A stretch of 47,903 nt of DNA from Proteromonas lacertae (taxonomy: Eukaryota): positions 1 through 47,903 of the forward strand of contig NGBS01001202.1 in the NCBI GenBank assembly GCA_002245135.1. The letters are read 5' to 3'. Both the position numbers and the translations under genes were made by a program. Positions 40,301-47,903 of this stretch are shown one piece after another (the first letter of the stretch is position 1; each line of letters starts with the position of its first letter). The notes below the pieces were generated by a model. The model saw nothing but the letters and a program-made list of their open reading frames with translations. It ran no database searches and was not told the DNA's origin.

Positions 40301-42757
40301 ATGCCAAATGCTTATGGAACTGTATGTGCTCAAAATGGAAGTTCAATAATCGAAGTTCGTGCTTGTTTAGAAAAAGGAGAGAGATTTCAATGTGAAGGAA
40401 GAATAAGAGGTGATTGTAACTGTAGTAGTATAATAAATCCTACTAATATAATACATCCAAGCACAATTTATCCTACAATAATTCCTGACTGTGTGAATGG
40501 TAATCAAAGATGTTTGAATGAATGTGAATGTGGAAAAGGATATGAAGAATGTATTGATGGAAGATGGCGATATATAAATATCGAGAATAATCTAGTATGT
40601 GGAAGAGTAGATGAATATAATATAACAATTGATAGTGGTTGTAAAGGATATGATGAAGGTATATGTAGTGGTCGAATAAGAGGTGAATGTTCTTGTGGAA
40701 CAACAAATGCTCCAACGATAATTCCAGAATGTGTGAATGGTAATCAAAGATGTTTGAATGAATGTGAATGTGGAAAAGGATATGAAGAATGTATTGATGG
40801 AAGATGGCGATATATAAATATCGAGAATAATCTAGTATGTGGAAGAGTAGATGAATATAATATAACAATTGATAGTGGTTGTAAAGGATATGATGAAGGT
40901 ATATGTAGTGGTCGAATAAGTGGTGAATGTATGTGTTTATATCCTAATCCTGGTACAAACACTCCAAGTGTAAAACCAAGTGGTGAATGTAAAAATGGTG
41001 AATATTTATGTGAAAATGAATGTGAATGTGGAAATGGATATTATGTATGTAATAATAATAAATGGGAACATGTAGAAATCGGTTTTGAATTAATATGTGG
41101 TCAAAATGGAAGTTCAATATCTTTAGAGAATGGTTGTAATGGATATTATCATCCAATATGTGAAAATAGAATAAATGGTAATTGTTATTGTGAAAATATA
41201 AAAACTCCTTATCCTCCTGCTACTCCTATACCTACAAGTTCAATACCAACAATAATACCAAGTTCAAATCCAACTGTAATTCCAATTGATCCTGAATGTA
41301 TTCATGGTGAATTCCAATGTATAAGTGAATGTGAATGTGGTAAAGGTTTCTTACAATGTGTTTGGGGAGTATGGAAAAGAATGCCTTTAGCAGATGGAAC
41401 AATATGTTATCAAAATGGAACAAGTATAATAGAAGAAATGAGTTGTAAAGAAAGTGGAAGTCAAGGTAATTGTGAAGGTTTAGTAAAAGGTGATTGTAAT
41501 TGTAAACCAATTTATGAAGATATCTTAATAACAAGTCCAAATCCAAGTGAAATAGCCTGTAAAGTGAATACAAGTCGATGTGTAGAATCTTGTTCTTGTG
41601 AAAATAATGAAATCGAAATATGTAATAATGAAGGTAAATGGATAAAAATTCCTTATATTTCTAATTCCAATGTCGAAGAGAATTCTCAATTAGTTTGTGT
41701 TGAAGAAAATGAATCAGCTAGAATATATGAAATTGGTATAATAAATGAAAGAGGTTTATGTAAAGATAAAAATCTATTGAATTGTTATTCAAGAGGTATA
41801 ATATTGAATGAAGAAATGAAAGATGGAAATTATAAATGTAAAGAAGAATGTAAACTAGGTGGAAGTTATTTGAAAGTAAAAGATTCAATAATATATGAAG
41901 AAGATTTAAAATATGATGAAATATGTTATGAAAATAATAAAAAAGAGATTGAAATTCTCCATAAAACTGATAAAGAAATAGAATCAAAATGTAAAGAAAT
42001 AAGTAAATCTGTAAGATTAGAAAAGAATTGTATAAATGGTGAAAAGAAGTGTTTGAGTGAATGTGAATGTGGAAAAGGTTATTTAGAATGTGTAAATGGT
42101 TTATGGTTTGAACGAGATAGTAATAATGAAATATGCTATCAAGATGGCCTAAATATCCGATTATTGAATAGTTGTAACAATAGTGAATGTATGAATAGTA
42201 AATATCATAATTGTGGTTGTGAAGTAAAAGAATGCGAAGATGGATTAAAAGTATGTGAAAAATCGAAAGAATGTAGTTGTGGCAGTAGTTATAAAATATG
42301 TGAGAATGGTAAATGGAAAGAAAAGAGATTAAAAGATGATGAAATATGTTATCAAAGTGGAAGTATAGTAAAAATCGAAGATGGTTGGAATAGTGAATAT
42401 TGTAAAAACCAAAAGAAATCTGAATATAACTGTAAAAGTGAAATATTCTGTTTAGAAAATGGAATAGAAGAATGTATATCAGAAAGAGTGAAAGGTAAAG
42501 GATATAGAAAATGTATATCTAATATTTGGAAAACAATTTCAATCGGTGAAAATGAATATTGTATAAACGAAAATGTTAAAGAAATTTCAATAATAAATAA
42601 AAGAGAAGAAGATGTAAATCCTGAATGTATAGAAGGAAATAGTGAATGTACAGAGAATGGATATAAATATTGTGAAAAAGGTAGATGGATAAAAAGAGAA
42701 TTAAAAGATGGAGAATGTTTATCTGGTTTAAATTCTGTGAATCTTAGATTAAAATAA
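37327..42757 (+). CDS. Secreted Cys-rich repeat protein with Pro/Thr mucin-like stalk
   Basis: Signal peptide MKLLHLFVVLLFVPSILC at 37327; short introns (37460-37494 and others to ~38609); long last exon with PTT pentapeptide array and many C..G..RC..EC.CG.GY..C..G.W modules; no C-terminal TM. Confidence 0.8.
38741..39258 (+). repeat. 15-bp coding minisatellite (PTTER/PTTEI/PTTIK/PTTIE), about 34 units
   Basis: Tandem CCAACAACTGAAAGA / CCAACAACTGAAATA / CCAACAACTAT(A/T)AAA variants. Confidence 0.95.
39677..40131 (+). repeat. Tandem duplication of one Cys module, 252-bp period
   Basis: About 200 bp starting GTATGTGTAGAAAGAAGTC is identical at 39677 and 39929. Confidence 0.92.
40490..40920 (+). 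repeat. Tandem duplication of one Cys module, 240-bp period
   Basis: About 190 bp starting TGTGTGAATGGTAATC is identical at 40490 and 40730. Confidence 0.92.
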
Positions 42758-43006
42758 ATCTATTTCTAGAATTCAATACACTTTTTTTATATTATTCTTG
42801 TGTAATGTTTTTGGTTTATTAATTCAATGAACATTAAATTGAAGTTAAATATAACATAATAATAGACAAATAATGAGATTTTATGCATGAAGTATAATTA
42901 CTTTTTAATTGAGTTTGATTCTATTTATTTGTCTTATTTTATTATTTCTATACCTGCTCCACATCATAATAAAAGGAAAGAAAAAAGAAATAAACAAAAA
43001 GAAAAA

Positions 43007-43125
43007 AAGAATCGTTACTATGACTTCGCACAGAGTCCCCCACTGTACTACTATCATAGCTCGTACAATCTTAACTTCGCAGTTCTGATGGGATGCGGTG
43101 CTTTATTGTAGATATGAACGATTCT
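43007..43125 (-). rRNA. 5S rRNA
   Basis: Reverse complement of the copy at 44103-44221; followed by T-runs on the minus strand. Confidence 0.92.
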
Positions 43126-44102
43126 GATTATTATTTCACTCTTTTTTCTTATATATCACTCTCTCTTTTATGATTTCTTATAAGCATTTTAAATCATATT
43201 GATAATAATGACGAAAGAAACGGCTCAATATTTATAAATATAAAGCATTTTTGTGAAATTGATGTGTAAATGATATATTGTGGTGAAAATTAGTATATAT
43301 TACTCAAGTAATATAGGTAAAATGAAGGAAGATTGAAACATATTTATTTTTCTCCAAACTTGACTAGTGTGATGGTGTTATAAAGGCGTAGAAAGTAGTT
43401 AAAATTTGAAAATGATTTGATTAATTCATAATTATGATATGTTGAAATTGTTAATTTGTATAAGATAGAGTGAGTTTAGAGAAATAAAAATGTGATATTT
43501 GAATTGTATATTTTTTTTATATTTGAAATTGTTAATGTGGAATATAAATTGTTGTAGATGAATTGAAAATAAGCATGTTATACATAGTTCATTACTTCAA
43601 GAAATTTAATAACAAATGTAGGTGAAAGAGGTCAAAAAGCTTGTACTGAAGGTTATATGGGTTATTCATACAAAATAATACTTTATATATTGATAGAACA
43701 TTTGAATTAACGCTTAACATTGAATATATTGTCTTAGAATGGATTTACCTGATTACCTTGCTTTGCAAGCTAATATAACATTCAGTGAAGGTAAGTTCAG
43801 TGTAAGCATTCATTTTACCTATATTACTTGAGTAATATATACTAATTTTCACCACAATATATCATTTACACATCAATTTCACAAAAATGCTTTATATTTA
43901 TAAATATTGAGCCGTTTCTTTCGTCATTATTCATTTTTTCTCTTTAAATCATCACTAAGCATAGATAATGATATAATAACATGAATAGATTGATATATTT
44001 TTTATTTTCCTTTAATATAACATTATCAATATGATTTAAAATGCTTATAAGAAATCATAAAAGAGAGAGTGATATATAAGAAAAAAGAGTGAAATAATAA
44101 TC

Positions 44103-44221
44103 AGAATCGTTCATATCTACAATAAAGCACCGCATCCCATCAGAACTGCGAAGTTAAGATTGTACGAGCTATGATAGTAGTACAGTGGGGGACTCTGTGC
44201 GAAGTCATAGTAACGATTCTT
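44103..44221 (+). rRNA. 5S rRNA
   Basis: ~119 nt; helix I AGAATCGTT/AACGATTCT; conserved CATA..., GCACCGCATCCCATCAGAACTGCGAAGTTAAG and TAGTAC...TGGGGGAC; oligo-T Pol III terminator directly after. Confidence 0.92.
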
Positions 44222-44470
44222 TTTTTCTTTTTGTTTATTTCTTTTTTCTTTCCTTTTATTATGATGTGGAGCAGGTATAGAAATAATAAAATAAGACAAA
44301 TAAATAGAATCAAACTCAATTAAAAAGTAATTATACTTCATGCATAAAATCTCATTATTTGTCTATTATTATGTTATATTTAACTTCAATTTAATGTTCA
44401 TTGAATTAATAAACCAAAAACATTACACAAGAATAATATAAAAAAAGTGTATTGAATTCTAGAAATAGAT

Positions 44471-47400
44471 TTATTTTAATCTAAGATTCACAGAATTTAA
44501 ACCAGATAAACATTCTCCATCTTTTAATTCTCTTTTTATCCATCTACCTTTTTCACAATATTTATATCCATTCTCTGTACATTCACTATTTCCTTCTATA
44601 CATTCAGGATTTACATCTTCTTCTCTTTTATTTATTATTGAAATTTCTTTAACATTTTCGTTTATACAATATTCATTTTCACCGATTGAAATTGTTTTCC
44701 AAATATTAGATATACATTTTCTATATCCTTTACCTTTCACTCTTTCTGATATACATTCTTCTATTCCATTTTCTAAACAGAATATTTCACTTTTACAGTT
44801 ATATTCAGATTTCTTTTGGTTTTTACAATATTCACTATTCCAACCATCTTCGATTTTTACTATACTTCCACTTTGATAACATATTTCATCATCTTTTAAT
44901 CTCTTTTCTTTCCATTTACCATTCTCACATATTTTATAACTACTGCCACAACTACATTCTTTCGATTTTTCACATACTTTTAATCCATCTTCGCATTCTT
45001 TTACTTCACAACCACAATTATGATATTTACTATTCATACATTCACTATTGTTACAACTATTCAATAATCGGATATTTAGGCCATCTTGATAGCATATTTC
45101 ATTATTACTATCTCGTTCAAACCATAAACCATTTACACATTCTAAATAACCTTTTCCACATTCACATTCACTCAAACACTTCTTTTCACCATTTATACAA
45201 TTCTTTTCTAATCTTACAGATTTACTTATTTCTTTACATTTTGATTCTATTTCTTTATCAGTTTTATGGAGAATTTCAATCTCTTTTTTATTATTTTCAT
45301 AACATATTTCATCATATTTTAAATCTTCTTCATATATTATTGAATCTTTTACTTTCAAATAACTTCCACCTAGTTTACATTCTTCTTTACATTTATAATT
45401 TCCATCTTTCATTTCTTCATTCAATATTATACCTCTTGAATAACAATTCAATAGATTTTTATCTTTACATAAACCTCTTTCATTTATTATACCAATTTCA
45501 TATATTCTAGCTGATTCATTTTCTTCAACACAAACTAATTGAGAATTCTCTTCGACATTGGAATTAGAAATATAAGGAATTTTTATCCATTTACCTTCAT
45601 TATTACATATTTCGATTTCATTATTTTCACAAGAACAAGATTCTACACATCGACTTGTATTCACTTTACAGGCTATTTCACTTGGATTTGGACTTGTTAT
45701 TAAGATATCTTCATAAATTGGTTTACAATTACAATCACCTTTTACTAAACCTTCACAATTACCTTGACTTCCACTTTCTTTACAACTCATTTCTTCTATT
45801 ATACTTGTTCCATTTTGATAACATATTGTTCCATCTGCTAAAGGCATTCTTTTCCATACTCCCCAAACACATTGTAAGAAACCTTTACCACATTCACATT
45901 CACTTATACATTGGAATTCACCATGAATACATTCAGGATCAATTGGAATTACAGTTGGATTTGAACTTGGTATTATTGTTGGTATTGAACTTGTAGGTAT
46001 AGGAGTAGCAGGAGGATAAGGAGTTTTTATATTTTCACAATAACAATTACCATTTATTCTATTTTCACATATTGGATGATAATATCCATTACAACATTCT
46101 CTAAAGATATTGAACTTCCATTTTGACCACATATTAATTCAAAACCGATTTCTACATGTTCCCATTTATTATTATTACATACATAATATCCATTTCCACA
46201 TTCACATTCATTTTCACATAAATATTCACCATTTTTACATTCACCACTTGGTTTTACACTTGGAGTGTTTGTACCAGGATTAGGATATAAACACATACAT
46301 TCACCACTTATTCGACCACTACATATACCTTCATCATATCCTTTACAACCACTATCAATTGTTTATATTATATTCATCTACTCTTCCACATACTAGATTA
46401 TTCTCGATATTTATATATCGCCATCTTCCATCAATACATTCTTCATATCCTTTTCCACATTCAACATTCATTCAAACATCTTTGATTACCATTCACACAT
46501 TCTGGAATTATCGTTGGAGCATTTGTTGTTCCACAAGAACATTCACCTCTTATTCGACCACTACATATACCTTCATCATATCCTTTACAACCACTATCAA
46601 TTGTTATATTATATTCATCTACTCTTCCACATACTAGATTATTCTCGATATTTATATATCGCCATCTTCCATCAATACATTCTTCATATCCTTTTCCACA
46701 TTCACATTCATTCAAACATCTTTGATTACCATTCACACAGTCAGGATTATTGTAGATAAATTGTGCTTGGATGTATTATATTAGTAGGATTTATTATACT
46801 ACTACAGTTACAATCACCTCTTATTCTTCCTTCACATTGAAATCTCTCTCCTTTTTCTAAACAAGCACGAACTTCGATTATTGAACTTCCATTTTGAGCA
46901 CATACAGTTCCATAAGCATTTGGCATGTATTTCCATATTCCATTCGTACATTGATAAAAACCAGCTCCACATTCACATTCACAAGCACATCGATATTCAC
47001 CTTCTTCACAGATTCCAGCTGGAGGAGTTGGAATACATGGAATAAATGATGGATTTACTGTAGATGTTGGAACAGATGTAGGATTTTCACATTCACAGTT
47101 TCCACTTATCAAATTTGCACAACTTCCTTCATCTAATCCATCACATCCACTCACTATCGATATGTTATATTCACTTTCTTGAGAACATACTAAATTGTTA
47201 GCTATTCGAACATATGTCCATTCACCATCTATACATTCTTCATAACCATCTCCACATCGACATCTATCAATACATCTTTGACTTCTTTCTACACATACTG
47301 GATGAGTGGCAGTAGGAGTTACAGTTGAAGTTGGAGTATCACATACACAGTTTCCACTTATCAAATTTGCACAACTTCCTTCATCTAATCCATCACATCC

Positions 47401-47903
47401 ACTCACTATCGATATGTTATATTCACTTTCTTGAGAACATACTAAATTGTTAGCTATTCGAACATATGTCCATTCACCATCTATACATTCTTCATAACCA
47501 TCTCACATCGACATCTATCAATACATCTTTGACTTCTTTCTACACATACTCCAGGAGTTTCTGTTGAACTGTTTGGAACTTCCACTCTAGTTATATAAGC
47601 ATCCTTGAATATATTATCTTCAGGTTCTTCATTTCCTAATCTTTTGATTTCTCGATTTAAATCACTTGGATCATTCTCTATTTCATGAGCTGCTCTTTCG
47701 ATATCATCTTTACTAATCGTATTTGGAACTTTTATTTTTACATCAATTATTAAATCATATTTACCATCTATATTAGTATTGTGATTTATATTAGGTATTA
47801 CTTCTACATAAAAATTATCAAATGGAATTGATATATCAGACATATTAGAATAAATATGAATTAATCCATCTATTACTATACGATTTTCTATAACTGTTAA
47901 AGA
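44471..47903 (-). pseudogene. Second (inverted) copy of the Cys-rich gene 3' part, with apparent frameshifts
   Basis: Matches the left copy to ~46095, then 1-nt indels near 46095, 46363, 46464, 46746, 46755 and 47504; these may be sequencing errors. Confidence 0.7.

Larger units (their letters stand above)
39323..47903. repeat. Large inverted duplication: arms 39323-43326 and 43809-47903 (open at window end), unique spacer 43327-43808
   Basis: Right arm is the reverse complement of the left arm except for a ~93-bp indel (43931-44023) and several 1-nt homopolymer indels. Confidence 0.95.

Noticed and set aside
42887..44341. Twin 74-aa ORFs (42887-43111 and 44117-44341)
   Set aside because: They are antisense to the 5S rRNA genes and their T-rich terminators
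1..47903. Alternative genetic code
   Set aside because: Long ORFs translate cleanly with the standard code, Trp is TGG, and TAA, TAG and TGA all serve as terminal stops

Overview
This is AT-rich eukaryotic (protist) nuclear DNA, gene-dense, with very short GT-AG introns (27-41 nt) and TGTTTGTT motifs behind several stop codons. Those traits and the He_PIG/BTB-SPRY gene families suggest a Blastocystis-like stramenopile (inference). Left to right: (1) an M11/gametolysin-type metalloprotease pseudogene interrupted by a complete 1978-bp Tc1-type (DD34E) transposon with 17-bp TIRs and a TA target duplication; (2) a giant multi-exon SPRY/MIB-HERC2/HECT E3 ligase; (3) a disrupted SPF45-like UHM gene; (4) APC11; (5) a BTB-He_PIG-SPRY gene; (6) a multi-TM gene; (7) a myristoylated EF-hand gene; (8) a bacterial-type deoC carrying a mitochondrial-type bipartite presequence; (9) a PA14/He_PIG surface protein; (10) a CFAP70-like TPR gene; (11) a ~0.7-kb patchwork of fragments from unrelated genes; (12) a secreted mucin-stalk Cys-rich repeat protein; (13) a palindrome with >4-kb arms holding two outward-facing 5S rRNA genes and two copies of the Cys-rich gene. 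Many single-base homopolymer frameshifts may be long-read errors. All family calls come from motif recognition by eye; no searches were run.
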